DNA of 64,000 nt from Candidatus Eiseniibacteriota bacterium (lineage in GTDB: Bacteria; Eisenbacteria; RBG-16-71-46), in NCBI GenBank assembly GCA_963725865.1, contig CAVSAC010000014.1, positions 704,001 to 768,000 of the forward strand, in the 5' to 3' direction. The position numbers were made by a program, and so were the translations under genes. The notes under the pieces are model-generated. The model was not told the origin of the DNA. It worked only from the letters and a program-made list of their open reading frames with translations, and did not search any database. Below, piece after piece: positions 39,889 to 49,923 of this stretch (the stretch's first letter is position 1; the number at the start of each line of letters is the position of its first letter).

Positions 39889-41745
39889 ATGGAACTCCCC
39901 CGCACGCAGCTCCCGCTCCGCCGGATCGGTCTCGCGATCGCCACGCTGGTCGCGATCGGGTCGCTGGCGCTCGCCGGTCGCGGCTGCACGCGCGGTGCCA
40001 TCGCCGCGCGCGTGCGACACGCCGCCGCGGCGCGCGGGATGTCGGCGAGCTGGCGCACGCTCGACCTCGCGTGGCCGCTCCACATCCGCTTCACCGGGCT
40101 GGCGCTGGCCGGCGCGGCCGGCGGCGACACGCTGTTCCGCGCCGAGTCACTCGCGGTGGTCCTCGATCCGTGGCGCCTGCTGGTGCTCCGTCCCACGCCC
40201 AGCGAGGTGCTGCTGGCGCACGCGCGGATCGTGCGGCCCGCGCCGGTGGCGACCGACACGCTACCGCCCGCCGACGAGGCGGCACGCCACCGCAAGGGAC
40301 CGGATCGCTCCGCGCGCGTGCGCCATCGCGCCGAGAGCGTGATCCAGGCCCTGCTGCTGCCGGCGCGCCGGCTGCCGCACCTCGCGGTGCGCGACCTCGT
40401 CGTCACGCAGGAGCGGGCGCCCGGCGAGTCCGCCGCCGAGCCGGCGGCGTCGCTCCAGCTCGCCGCGCTCGAGCTGCGGCGCACCGCCGGCGCGGCCATG
40501 CTCGAGGCCGCGGGCGTGCTGGTCCAGGAGCGCGCGGTGCCGTTCCGGCTGGCGCTCTCGTGGAGCGACGACGACCACCTCGACGGCGGCGGACAGATCG
40601 GAATCACGGCGCCCGACGGCTCGACCCTCACGCCGCTGCGGCTCGCGATCAACGGGCGCCTGCGCCAGGACCGCGCGCGCGGCACCGTGAGGACGACCGA
40701 TTCGACGCGCGTGCTGATCGGGGACATCCCGGTCTTCGTGACGGCCGAGCTGGATCGCCGCGGCCCCGCGGTGCACCTGCGGCTGGCGGCCGCGGACCTC
40801 GACGAGGCGCGGCTGCTGGCGAGCATCCCGCGCTCGCTGCTGGGCCCGCTCGCCGACCTCGCGGTGGTGGGCTCGTTCGACTACCAGCTCGCGTTCGACC
40901 TCGATCTGCAGCACCCCGACGACGTCGACTTCCACGCCGACGTGATCCCGCACGGCCTGATGCTCGACCCGTCGCGCACCCGGCTCGACATCGCGCGGCT
41001 GGACCAGCCCTTCGTGGCCACCATCCACCTGCCCCACGACGTGCGGGTGACCCGCGATCTATCGGAGGCGAATCCGCACTTCCTACCGTACGAGCGCATC
41101 GACTCGCTGCTCGTGCACGCCGTGCTCACCAACGAGGACGGGAGCTTCTTCCGCCACCGCGGCTTCAACACCGAGGCCGTGAAGATGGCGATCGCGGACA
41201 ACATCCACGCCGCCGCCTACCGTCGCGGCGCCGGCACCATCACCATGCAGCTCGCGCGCAACCTGTGGCTCGGCCACGAGCGCACGCTCGCCCGCAAGGC
41301 GCAGGAGGTGGTGCTGGCCTGGGTGCTCGAGCACCTCACCGGGCTCACCAAGCAGCGGCTGCTCGAGATCTACCTCAACATCATCGAGTGGGGCCCCGGC
41401 GTGCACGGCGCCGACGAGGCCACGCAGTATTACTTCGGCCACGGTGCCGATCACGTGAGCGTCGACGAGGCGCTGTTCCTCACCACCGTGGTCCCGGCGC
41501 CGACCAGGTGGCGGTGGCGGTTCGAGAAGGACGGCACGCTGCGCGCGTTCGAGCGCGCGCAGATGCACTTCATCGGGCGCGCGATGATCGCCAAGGGCCG
41601 GCTGGATGCCGCGGCGCTGCCGGCGGCGGACTCACTGCGCGTCGAGCTGCGCGGGCCCGCGCGCGACGTGCTGTTCCCGCCCGACAGCACGGCGGCGCCG
41701 GCGGATTCGCTCGGCGCGGGCGGCGCGATCCTCACCGCACTCTGA
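39889..41745 (+). CDS. Monofunctional peptidoglycan transglycosylase (GT51) domain protein with long N-terminal region
   Basis: 'NEDGSFFRHRG', 'GAGTITMQLARNL', 'RKAQE', 'YLNIIEWG'. Confidence 0.9.
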   Translation: MELPRTQLPLRRIGLAIATLVAIGSLALAGRGCTRGAIAARVRHAAAARGMSASWRTLDLAWPLHIRFTGLALAGAAGGDTLFRAESLAVVLDPWRLLVLRPTPSEVLLAHARIVRPAPVATDTLPPADEAARHRKGPDRSARVRHRAESVIQALLLPARRLPHLAVRDLVVTQERAPGESAAEPAASLQLAALELRRTAGAAMLEAAGVLVQERAVPFRLALSWSDDDHLDGGGQIGITAPDGSTLTPLRLAINGRLRQDRARGTVRTTDSTRVLIGDIPVFVTAELDRRGPAVHLRLAAADLDEARLLASIPRSLLGPLADLAVVGSFDYQLAFDLDLQHPDDVDFHADVIPHGLMLDPSRTRLDIARLDQPFVATIHLPHDVRVTRDLSEANPHFLPYERIDSLLVHAVLTNEDGSFFRHRGFNTEAVKMAIADNIHAAAYRRGAGTITMQLARNLWLGHERTLARKAQEVVLAWVLEHLTGLTKQRLLEIYLNIIEWGPGVHGADEATQYYFGHGADHVSVDEALFLTTVVPAPTRWRWRFEKDGTLRAFERAQMHFIGRAMIAKGRLDAAALPAADSLRVELRGPARDVLFPPDSTAAPADSLGAGGAILTAL

Positions 41746-41823
41746 GGCCTCGCGCGGGCGGAGCGGGCGCGAAGCGTGCGGCGCGGGATCGCGCGGCCCG
41801 CTCGCGCCGACCGCGAACGGCGC

Positions 41824-42042
41824 TCACCGCTCGCGCTGGATCAGCTCCGAGAGCGGGATGATCGTGACGCCCCGGACCGGCGTGCGCCCCGGCCGCGAGC
41901 CGGCCGCGTGCGCCGGCAGCCGGCAGCCCGGACAGTCCTCGCACGCCGCGCCCTTGCGGCGCAGCCGTCGCGCCACCAGCCACCCCAGCGCCGCGAGCGC
42001 GAGCACCCCGACCGCCAGGTCCTGCCAGCCGAGCGCGCGCAT
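41824..42042 (-). CDS. FeoB-associated Cys-rich membrane protein
   Basis: One TM then 'ACEDCPGC'; TGATG coupling to feoB. Confidence 0.8.
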   Translation of the reverse strand: MRALGWQDLAVGVLALAALGWLVARRLRRKGAACEDCPGCRLPAHAAGSRPGRTPVRGVTIIPLSELIQRER

Positions 42043-44279
42043 CAGCCGAGCCCCAGCACGCGGCCGCCCTGGAAGACCGTGAACGACACGATCCACGCCA
42101 GCACGTTCATCATCACCAGCATGAACAGCGGCCAGCGCCACGAGTCGGTCTCGCGCCGCACCACGGCGACCGTGGACATGCACTGGCAGGCGAGCACGAA
42201 GAACACCATCAGGCTGATCCCCACCAGCGGGGTGTACGGCCGGTGTCCGTGCTCGTCGGTGGCCTCGCGCAGGCGCTGGCGCAGCGAACCCGCGGCATCG
42301 TCGACGTCGCCCAGGTTGAACACGGTGGCCATCGTGGACACCATCACCTCGCGCGCGGCCAGCGACGTGATGAGCCCGATGCCGATGCGCCAGTCGAAGC
42401 CGAGCGGGCGGATGACCGGCTCGATGAAGCGCCCGGCGCGCCCGGCGAACGAATCGCGCAACGTGAGGCCCGCCAGCTCGTGCTCGAGCGCCGCCACCCG
42501 CGGCGCGTCTCCGGACTGCTGCGCCGTCGCGATCCGCGCGCGCACCGCGTCGCTGGCCACGCCGCCGCGCGGGTAGGAGGCGAGGAACCACAGCACCACC
42601 GACACCGCGAGGATCACGGTGCCCGCCTTGCCGAGGAACAGCAGCGAGCGCTCGCGCACGATCGCCACCACCGAGCGCCACGACGGCATGCGGTAGGGCG
42701 GCAGCTCCATCACGTAGAGCGGCTTGCCGCCCTTGAGCACCGTGCGCTTGAGCACCGCCGCCACCACGATCGCGGCGGCGATGCCGAGGAAGTACATCGA
42801 GAACAGCGTGATGCCCGGCAGCGTCACGAATCCGACCCAGCGGTTGGGCACGAACGCGCCGATCAGCAGCGCGTACACCGGCAGCCGCGCGCTGCACGAC
42901 ATGAACGGGGCGATCATCATGGTGGTGATGCGGTCGCGCCGGTTGTCGATGGTGCGGGTGGCCATGATGCCGGGGATCGCGCACGCGAACGACGACAGCA
43001 GCGGGATGAACGCGCGGCCCGACAGCCCGACCCGGCCCATCAGCCGGTCCATGATGAACGCCGCGCGCGCCATGTAGCCGCTGTCCTCGAGCACCGAGAG
43101 GAAGAAGAACAGGATCGCGATCTGCGGGACGAACGTGATGGTGGTGCCGACGCCGGCGATGATGCCGTCCACCACCAGCGAGCGCAGCGGGCCGGCGGGC
43201 ATCACGGCCTCGATCAGGCCGCCGAAGCGGCCGACCGCCCAGTCGATGGCGTCCATCGCCGGCTGGGCCCACGCGAACACCGACTGGAACACCGCCCCCA
43301 TCAGCAGCACGAACAGCACCGGGCCCCACACGCGGTGGGTGAGCACGCGGTCGATCCGCTCGCGGGTCACGTCGCGGGTGGCGCCCTTCTCGAGCACCGC
43401 GCGGGCGAGCACGCCTTCGATGGTCTCGTAGAGCCCGTCGATCTCGTCCGAGCGCCAGCCGGGCTCGATGGCGTCGAGCCGCCGGCGCAGGATGCGCAGG
43501 TCGTCGAGCACGTCGGGGTCGGCGGCGCGCGCCAGCGCGTCGTCCTCGCCGTCGTCGAGCAGCAGCGCCATCGCGAGGTCGTGGCGGCCGCGGTCGGGCA
43601 GCAGCGGGTGGCGCGGCAGCCGCGCCTCGAGGCGGTCGACCACGCGCTGCACGTGCGCCGGCCAGCGGCGGAAGTGCACGTGCGAGGGCTCGACGTCGCG
43701 GTCCATCAGGCGGCGCAGGTGGCCGAGCCCCTCGCCCCGCGTGGCCGCGATGCCGACCACCGGCACGCCCAGCGCCTGCTCGAGCGCGCGCTCGTCGATG
43801 CGCAGGCCCTGCGCCGCGGCGGCGTCCATCATGTTGAGCGCCAGGATCACGGGGCGGCCGATCTCGATCACCTGCAGCGCCAGGTAGAGGTGGCGGTCGA
43901 GGTTGGTGGCGTCCACCACGAACACGATCAGGTCGGGCGGCGGCGTGTCGGCCTGCAGCCCGAGCAGCACGTCGCGCACGATGACTTCGTCGGGCGAGGC
44001 CGGGTGCAGGCTGTAGCTGCCCGGCAGGTCGATCAGCTCGGCGCGGCGGCCCGACGGCAGGTCGCAGGCGCCGGTCTTCTTCTCGACCGTGACGCCGGGG
44101 TAGTTGCCGACCTTCTGCCGCAGTCCGGTGAGCGCGTTGAAGAGCGTCGACTTGCCGGCGTTCGGGTTGCCCAGGATCGCGATGCGCCGCGGCTGCGCGG
44201 CGATCACACGCGGCAGCGCGTCGGCGCGCACCTCGCGCAGGGCGGGCCGCCCGGGCCGCGTGTCAGCGGGCGTCGACAT
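42042..44279 (-). CDS. feoB: Ferrous iron transporter FeoB
   Basis: 'GNPNAGKS', 'VGNYPGVTVE', 'DLPG', 'LNMMD', 'MSCSARLPVY'. Confidence 0.97.
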   Translation of the reverse strand: MSTPADTRPGRPALREVRADALPRVIAAQPRRIAILGNPNAGKSTLFNALTGLRQKVGNYPGVTVEKKTGACDLPSGRRAELIDLPGSYSLHPASPDEVIVRDVLLGLQADTPPPDLIVFVVDATNLDRHLYLALQVIEIGRPVILALNMMDAAAAQGLRIDERALEQALGVPVVGIAATRGEGLGHLRRLMDRDVEPSHVHFRRWPAHVQRVVDRLEARLPRHPLLPDRGRHDLAMALLLDDGEDDALARAADPDVLDDLRILRRRLDAIEPGWRSDEIDGLYETIEGVLARAVLEKGATRDVTRERIDRVLTHRVWGPVLFVLLMGAVFQSVFAWAQPAMDAIDWAVGRFGGLIEAVMPAGPLRSLVVDGIIAGVGTTITFVPQIAILFFFLSVLEDSGYMARAAFIMDRLMGRVGLSGRAFIPLLSSFACAIPGIMATRTIDNRRDRITTMMIAPFMSCSARLPVYALLIGAFVPNRWVGFVTLPGITLFSMYFLGIAAAIVVAAVLKRTVLKGGKPLYVMELPPYRMPSWRSVVAIVRERSLLFLGKAGTVILAVSVVLWFLASYPRGGVASDAVRARIATAQQSGDAPRVAALEHELAGLTLRDSFAGRAGRFIEPVIRPLGFDWRIGIGLITSLAAREVMVSTMATVFNLGDVDDAAGSLRQRLREATDEHGHRPYTPLVGISLMVFFVLACQCMSTVAVVRRETDSWRWPLFMLVMMNVLAWIVSFTVFQGGRVLGLG

Positions 44280-44537
44280 GGATGTGGCGCGGCTTCGCTG
44301 CGGCGGAGGGAGAGGTGGATCTGCGCGCAGCTCGAGCTCGACCGGATCGCCGAGCGGCGCGCGCCGCACCATCTCGACCGTGGTGCCGGGCATGAGACCC
44401 AGCTCCATCAGGCGGCGCGCGATGGCCGGCTCGCCCGCCAGCCGCACGATGACGCCGGACTCGCCGGGATCGAGCGCGTCGAGCGTGCGCAGCTCGTGCT
44501 CGGCGGGCCCGCGCGCTCCGTTCGCGCCCTCGGTCAC
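44263..44537 (-). CDS. feoA: FeoA, interrupted by two single-base insertions near the 3' end
   Basis: 'RRLMELGLMPG...RRAPLGDPVELELR'; removing two bases restores 'QIHLSLRRSEARHIHVDAR*'. Confidence 0.88.
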
Positions 44538-45106
44538 GGACGCGGCTCCGCGGACGCGATGCGCTGCAGCGGCTCGGCGACCTCGCGCACCAGCGAGTCG
44601 CGCAGGCACGCGCCGGCGCACAGGTCGCAGGTGCCGGGCGCGTGGTGAGCGCACGCCCCGGGGCTGGCGCGGAACGCCTCGATGAACGTGCGCGCCGCGG
44701 CGTGATCCGAGCGCATGAACGAGGTCAGCCGCAGCAGCTCGATCATCACCTGCGGGCTCACCAGGTGCTCGATCATGCACGCGTCCTCGCTCGCCACGTC
44801 CTCGGGCACCGCGAGGATCTCGGAGAGGAACATCGACAGCACCTTGCGGTTGGACTCGGTGCGGCTCGCCATCTCGCGGCCGGTGTCGGTCAGCTCGACC
44901 GCGCCGTAGCGCTCGTGGTCGACGTAGCCGCGGCCGTGCAGCGTGCGCAGCATCGAGGTCACGCCGCTCTTGGAGACCCCGAGCTGCTCGGCGATGTCGC
45001 CCACCTTGGCGTGCCCCTTCTCGGCCTTGAGCGCGGCGACCGCCTGGAGGTAGTGGGCCATCGAGTGGGAGACTTCCTTCTCGCCGAATCGCTTCCAGAT
45101 CGCCAC
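44534..45106 (-). CDS. DtxR/MntR family metal-dependent repressor with Cys-rich tail
   Basis: 'SMAHYLQAV', HTH 'DIAEQLGVSKSGVTSML', 'EDACMIEH'; AGGAGG RBS. Confidence 0.92.
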   Translation of the reverse strand: MAIWKRFGEKEVSHSMAHYLQAVAALKAEKGHAKVGDIAEQLGVSKSGVTSMLRTLHGRGYVDHERYGAVELTDTGREMASRTESNRKVLSMFLSEILAVPEDVASEDACMIEHLVSPQVMIELLRLTSFMRSDHAAARTFIEAFRASPGACAHHAPGTCDLCAGACLRDSLVREVAEPLQRIASAEPRP

Positions 45107-45146
45107 GGGAACCGCTCCTCCTGGTCGTTGGCAAAGACACTCAACA

Positions 45147-45166
45147 GAGTTCACATACCTTAACTC
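45147..45166. promoter_or_regulatory. Palindromic operator candidate for the DtxR-feoAB operon
   Basis: GAGTT-CACATACCTT-AACTC, AT-rich, about 40 bp upstream of the start. Confidence 0.6.
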
Positions 45167-45204
45167 CGTCGGCCAATGGGCCGCAACGGAGCGTCGAGAT
45201 CGGT

Positions 45205-47379
45205 TCAGCGCGCTCGCCAGCTCCCGGCTGACGCCGCGCGGGCGGGCACGAGTCGCGCGCCCGCGAAGTCTCCGGCGGGGGCCGCCGGGCGGCCCGCCGA
45301 GTCGGGCGACTCGGCCGCAAGTCCCCGGCCGGCTTGAAGCTCGGAGCGCAGGGCAAGCAGGGCGTCCGACTGCGCCGTCATCCGCAGCCACGGCACCACC
45401 AGCCCCGCCGGACGGTTGTCCCGCCGCCACAGCCACCGGTACTGGGAGGCGAGCGTGTCGGCAGCACCCGCCAGGCTGTCGAGCCTCGCGAGTGACCCCG
45501 ACTGGGACGCCTGGCCGCCCGTTCCTCCGGTACCACCCCGCGGTCCGGCGAGGGTATCCAGCACCAGCTCGCGCCGCGCGGCGTAGGCGAATCGCCGCGC
45601 GGCGTGATCGAGGATCTCCACGCCCTCGAGTTCGAAGCGCGCTCGCGGTGCGCTGGTCGCGAGCGCGGTCCGCGCCTGCCGCATGTCGTCCGCGAGCCGG
45701 TGCATGCGTTCGAGCCACGGTGCGCTGCGTGCGTGCAGTCGCGGAGGCATGTGATAGAGCCGCCCGTTCCAGCCCAGCGACTCGAACGACTGCTCGCCGA
45801 CCAGGCGATACGCCCGCGCGAGCGCCGCGCTCTCTATGCCGTGAGTGACCCGGACGTAACCGAGGGCCTGGCTCGCGCGCTCGACCGGCCGCGCCTGCCA
45901 GGCGGCCGCCGCCGCGTAGGCGTAGCCCGGCCAGTTGGCCTCGCGCGGACTCTCGGCGCCGCCGTCGCCCCACGAAGCGACCACCAGGCCCACCGCGCCC
46001 TGTTCGCGTCCCGCCCGCGCGAGCCAGTCGAGGTTGTCCATGGCGCGCCCGAAGTCGGGATAGAACGCCCGCCAGTTCCACATCCCGGCACCGACGATCA
46101 CGTCAGCGCCGCCGGCCGCTCGCAGACGCGCGACGTCGAGCGTGGTCTCGACCGGCGAGTACTGCCACTCCACCAACAGGCTGCCCGCCGGCAGCGCGCG
46201 CGCCTCGGCGGGATCGTCGCGGAACGCGTCCGCGTAGAGCATCACGTGCCGGCCCGGGCGCGCCGCGTCGCGGGCGAGCGCGCACAGGTAGCGCGTCTTG
46301 ACTCGCGCCGCGCCGATCCGCCCGGCGAGCGCGCGGCTGGTGCCCGTGCCGATGTCGGCGGCCTCGTCGCCGCCGAGATGGATCCAGTCCAGAGTGCCCG
46401 CCTCGGCGAGCTCCGCGATCAGTGAATCGACGAACGCGCGCGTCTCGGGCTGCACCGGCGAGAACGATGCCGCGGGTGCCGCCTCGTCGGGAACGCCGAA
46501 GACCAGTCCGCGCGCGAAGGCCGCCAGCTTGGAGGGCGCCGTGGCCGCCGACCACGGAAGATCTGCCTCGGTGCACTGCTCGGAGTACCGTCGCAGGGAC
46601 GGCTCCGAGAGCATCCGGGCCTGGTGCCCGAGGGTCTCGAAGATCGGCGCGACCACGACGTGATGGCGGCGCCCGAACTCGACCAGCCGCCGCAGCTCGG
46701 GGCCGGTGAGCCGCGCGCGGCCGCGGCCGATCTCGGGATGGCGCTCGAACTCGAACGCGTCCTCGATGTAGGGCTGGTAGAGGTTGAGCTTGAAGTAGGC
46801 CAGGCGCTCGATGATCCGCTCGAAGTTCGCGGGCGTCGACATCTGGCCACGGCTGACGTCGTCGGACACGCCGCGCCAGCGCATCGCGGGCCGATCGCGG
46901 ACGAGCAGGCACGGCACGCTCCCGTCGAGGCTCCCGCGCACCAGCTGGCGCAGGGTCTGGATGCCGTACCAGCGCCCCGCGGCGCTCGGCGCACGGATCT
47001 CGATCCGCGTCGGTCGGATCTCCAGCTCGTAGCCTTCGGTGCGGAACGCGGCCGGTGCGTCGTCCGGCACCGCCATCGTCCGGATCTCGATCGCGGGCCG
47101 TCCCGCGCGCCGGCGGCCGAGGGCGAGGTGCGTGCCCGATCGGCGGGCGATCTCCTCGATCAGGACGCCGGCATCCGCACACGCCGCGGCGCTGTTGTTG
47201 GCCGGGATCACCGTCCAGCCGGGGCCGATCCGCGCCACGCCCGATCGCTGCTCGAGGTGCGCGGGCTCCGGCACCAAGCGCACCGGGGCCGCAGCGGCCC
47301 GCGCGGGCGGCGGCACGACGATCGCCAGGGCCTCCACCAGCAGCAAGATCGGAATCCGGCTCCGCACCGGGTCGGACAT
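45205..47379 (-). CDS. Glycoside hydrolase family 20 (beta-N-acetylhexosaminidase-like)
   Basis: 'EGYELEI', 'WYGIQTLRQL', 'WRGVSDDVSRG', 'ETLGH', catalytic 'HLGGDE'. Confidence 0.92.
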   Translation of the reverse strand: MSDPVRSRIPILLLVEALAIVVPPPARAAAAPVRLVPEPAHLEQRSGVARIGPGWTVIPANNSAAACADAGVLIEEIARRSGTHLALGRRRAGRPAIEIRTMAVPDDAPAAFRTEGYELEIRPTRIEIRAPSAAGRWYGIQTLRQLVRGSLDGSVPCLLVRDRPAMRWRGVSDDVSRGQMSTPANFERIIERLAYFKLNLYQPYIEDAFEFERHPEIGRGRARLTGPELRRLVEFGRRHHVVVAPIFETLGHQARMLSEPSLRRYSEQCTEADLPWSAATAPSKLAAFARGLVFGVPDEAAPAASFSPVQPETRAFVDSLIAELAEAGTLDWIHLGGDEAADIGTGTSRALAGRIGAARVKTRYLCALARDAARPGRHVMLYADAFRDDPAEARALPAGSLLVEWQYSPVETTLDVARLRAAGGADVIVGAGMWNWRAFYPDFGRAMDNLDWLARAGREQGAVGLVVASWGDGGAESPREANWPGYAYAAAAAWQARPVERASQALGYVRVTHGIESAALARAYRLVGEQSFESLGWNGRLYHMPPRLHARSAPWLERMHRLADDMRQARTALATSAPRARFELEGVEILDHAARRFAYAARRELVLDTLAGPRGGTGGTGGQASQSGSLARLDSLAGAADTLASQYRWLWRRDNRPAGLVVPWLRMTAQSDALLALRSELQAGRGLAAESPDSAGRPAAPAGDFAGARLVPARAASAGSWRAR

Positions 47380-47625
47380 CGTCCTCCCTCCGCGATCCGG
47401 CCGGCGCCCGACGGGGATGGCCCGGCTCGATAGGTTATCGGCCCGACGAGGAGGGCGGCTTAGGTCGGTGCCCGCACCCGCCGAGGCCCGCGGGTGCGGC
47501 GTTTCCGCCGGGCGCCGCGAGGCGCTACCGTCTTCGGCGTCGCTCGCCGGCCCGCCGCGGGGCTTCCGCGGCGAAGCGCGGCACGAATCCACCCACGCAC
47601 CCCCTCGCATGGTGACGAAGGACGG

Positions 47626-48417
47626 ATGCCCGACTCGCTGGAGACCCTGCTGCAGGCGGTGGAGGAGGTCGCCCGGCTCGCGGGCGCCGAGGCGCTGAAG
47701 CACTTCCGCAGCGCGCTCGCGGTCGAGAGCAAGCCCGACGGCTCCCCGGTCACGCGCGCCGACCGCGACGCCGAGCGGATCGCGCGGGCCTGGATCGAGC
47801 GCCACTTCCCGGCCGACGGCATCGTCGGCGAGGAGTCGGCCGCGATCCGCCCCGCCGCCGCGCGGCGCTGGTTCGTCGACCCGGTCGACGGCACCCGATC
47901 GTTCGTCCGCGGCGTGCCGCTGTGGGGGACCATGGTCGGCGTGCTCGAGGGCGAGACGGTGCTGGCGGGCGCGATCGCGTTCCCAGCGCTGGGCGAGGGG
48001 CTGGCCGCCGCGCGCGGCGCGGGCTGCTTCGCGAACGGCGTGCGTTGCCGGGTGAGCGCCGTGGACGCGCTCGAGCGCGCCACCGTGCTCGCCACCGACG
48101 AGCGCTTCTTCTGCGACGCGCGCAAGCGGGCGGCGTGGGACGTGCTCGCCGCGCGCGCGGAGCTGGCGCGCTCGTGGGGCGACTGTTACGGCTACCTGCT
48201 GGTCGCCACCGGGCGCGCGGAGTTGATGACCGACGGCACGCTCCATCCGTGGGACGCCGTGCCCCTGGTGCCCATCATCGAGGAGGCCGGCGGCGTGATC
48301 ACCGACTGGACCGGAGGGCGCGCCGGATTCGGGGTCGGCGCGATCGCCACCAACGCGGCACTCGCGATCGAGGCGCGCGAGCTACTCGTCGGGTTGTCGC
48401 TGGAGGAGGCGCCGTGA
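47626..48417 (+). CDS. Inositol monophosphatase family (histidinol-phosphatase HisN-like)
   Basis: 'SPVTRAD', 'GEE', 'WFVDPVDGT', 'WGDCYGY', 'WD...EEAGG'. Confidence 0.9.
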   Translation: MPDSLETLLQAVEEVARLAGAEALKHFRSALAVESKPDGSPVTRADRDAERIARAWIERHFPADGIVGEESAAIRPAAARRWFVDPVDGTRSFVRGVPLWGTMVGVLEGETVLAGAIAFPALGEGLAAARGAGCFANGVRCRVSAVDALERATVLATDERFFCDARKRAAWDVLAARAELARSWGDCYGYLLVATGRAELMTDGTLHPWDAVPLVPIIEEAGGVITDWTGGRAGFGVGAIATNAALAIEARELLVGLSLEEAP

Positions 48418-49169
48418 GCGGCCCCGAGCCGGGAGCGGATCGGCCCCTGCCGTTCGAGAACGTCTACGAGGATCCGCAGCGCGCCGCGGCGTACGCGTCG
48501 CTCGAGTTCCCGGGCACCTACCACCTCGCCTATCGCGACCTGCCGGCGCTCTACCGCGCGCACGTGCACGGCACGCGGGCGCTCGACTTCGGCTGCGGCG
48601 CCGGGCGCTCGACCCGGTTCCTGAAGGCCCGCGGATTCGAGGCCGTCGGCATCGACATCAGCGCGGACATGGTGGCGCTGGCGCGCGAGCGCGACCCCGC
48701 GGGCGACTACCGCGTGATCGCCGACGGCGACTTCAGCGGCCTGCCGGCGCGCGGATTCGACCTGGTGCAATCGGTGTTCACGTTCGACAACATCCCCGGC
48801 CGCGAGCGCAAGGTCGGGCTGTTCGCGGGGCTCGGAGCGCTGCTCGCCACCGCTGGGCGACTCGTGAGCCTGGTGAGCTCGCCCGACATCTACGTCAACG
48901 AGTGGGCGTCGTTCACCACCCGGCAATTCGCCACCAACTTCACCGCGCAGTGCGGCGACCCGGTGTTCACGGTGATGACCGACGTCGCGGATCGGCGCCC
49001 GGTCGAGGACGTGCTGTGGCCGCACGCCGACTACCTGGACGTCTACGCGCGCGCCGGCCTCGCGGTGGTCGCCGAGCACCGCCCGCTCGGCCGCGACGAC
49101 GAGGGCATCGCGTGGGTGAGCGAGACCCGCGTCGCGCCGTGGGTGATCTACGTGCTCAAGCGCGCGTAG
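48414..49169 (+). CDS. Class I SAM-dependent methyltransferase
   Basis: 'ALDFGCGAGRS', 'GIDISADM'; GTGA overlap. Confidence 0.9.
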   Translation: MSGPEPGADRPLPFENVYEDPQRAAAYASLEFPGTYHLAYRDLPALYRAHVHGTRALDFGCGAGRSTRFLKARGFEAVGIDISADMVALARERDPAGDYRVIADGDFSGLPARGFDLVQSVFTFDNIPGRERKVGLFAGLGALLATAGRLVSLVSSPDIYVNEWASFTTRQFATNFTAQCGDPVFTVMTDVADRRPVEDVLWPHADYLDVYARAGLAVVAEHRPLGRDDEGIAWVSETRVAPWVIYVLKRA

Positions 49170-49872
49170 CCGGAGTCGGCTCGTCCGCGAGCGCGAAGCG
49201 CACCACCGCCTCGGCGTGGATCCGCGTGGTGTCGAACAGAGGCAGCGCGCAGTCGGTCTGCTTGACCAGCAGCGGGATCTCGGTGCAGCCGAGCACCACG
49301 CCCTGCGCCCCGCGGGCGGCGAGCGCGTCGATGACGGCGATGAATCGCCGCCGCGAATCGTCGCGCAGCTCGCCCCGCGCCAGCTCGCCGAAGATCGTCG
49401 CGTGGATGAACTCGCGGTCGGCCTCCTCCGGCGTGATCGTCTCGATGCCGCGGGTCGCGAGGCGCGAGGGATAGAAGTCCATCTCCATCGTGTAGCGCGT
49501 GCCGAGCAGGCCGACACGCTTCATCCCCTGGCGCTCGATCGCCTCGCCCGTCGCGTCGACGATGTGGATGATCGGGATCTCGATCCGCTTGGCCAGGTCG
49601 TCGGCGATCAGGTGCATGGTGTTCGCGCAGAGCATGATGCCCTCCGCCCCCGCGGCGGTCAGGTCGCGGCAGACGCGCGTCACCAGCTCCAGGATGGCGG
49701 GCCAGTCGCGGCGCTCGGTGAGCACCTGGATCTCGCCGAAGTTGAACGAGTAGAGGATGCAGCGCGCGTTGTGCGTGCCGCCGAGTCGCTCGTTCACCAT
49801 CTCGTTCAACAACCGGTAGTAGTCCACCGTCGAGAGCCAGGTGGTGCCGCCGACCATGCCGATCGTCTTCAT
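49156..49872 (-). CDS. Aspartate/glutamate racemase family protein
   Basis: 'MKTIGMVGG', two-Cys motifs 'CANTMH' and 'LGCTEI'. Confidence 0.93.
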   Translation of the reverse strand: MKTIGMVGGTTWLSTVDYYRLLNEMVNERLGGTHNARCILYSFNFGEIQVLTERRDWPAILELVTRVCRDLTAAGAEGIMLCANTMHLIADDLAKRIEIPIIHIVDATGEAIERQGMKRVGLLGTRYTMEMDFYPSRLATRGIETITPEEADREFIHATIFGELARGELRDDSRRRFIAVIDALAARGAQGVVLGCTEIPLLVKQTDCALPLFDTTRIHAEAVVRFALADEPTPATRA

Positions 49873-49923
49873 GCGTGCTCCTTCCGGTCCCCGTCGCCGC
49901 GCGGATCGCGCGGTGCGCCCCGC

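Noticed and set aside
42042..45140. Genuine 1032-aa FeoA-FeoB fusion
   Set aside because: Explained by two single-base insertions in feoA plus overlap with the regulator gene.
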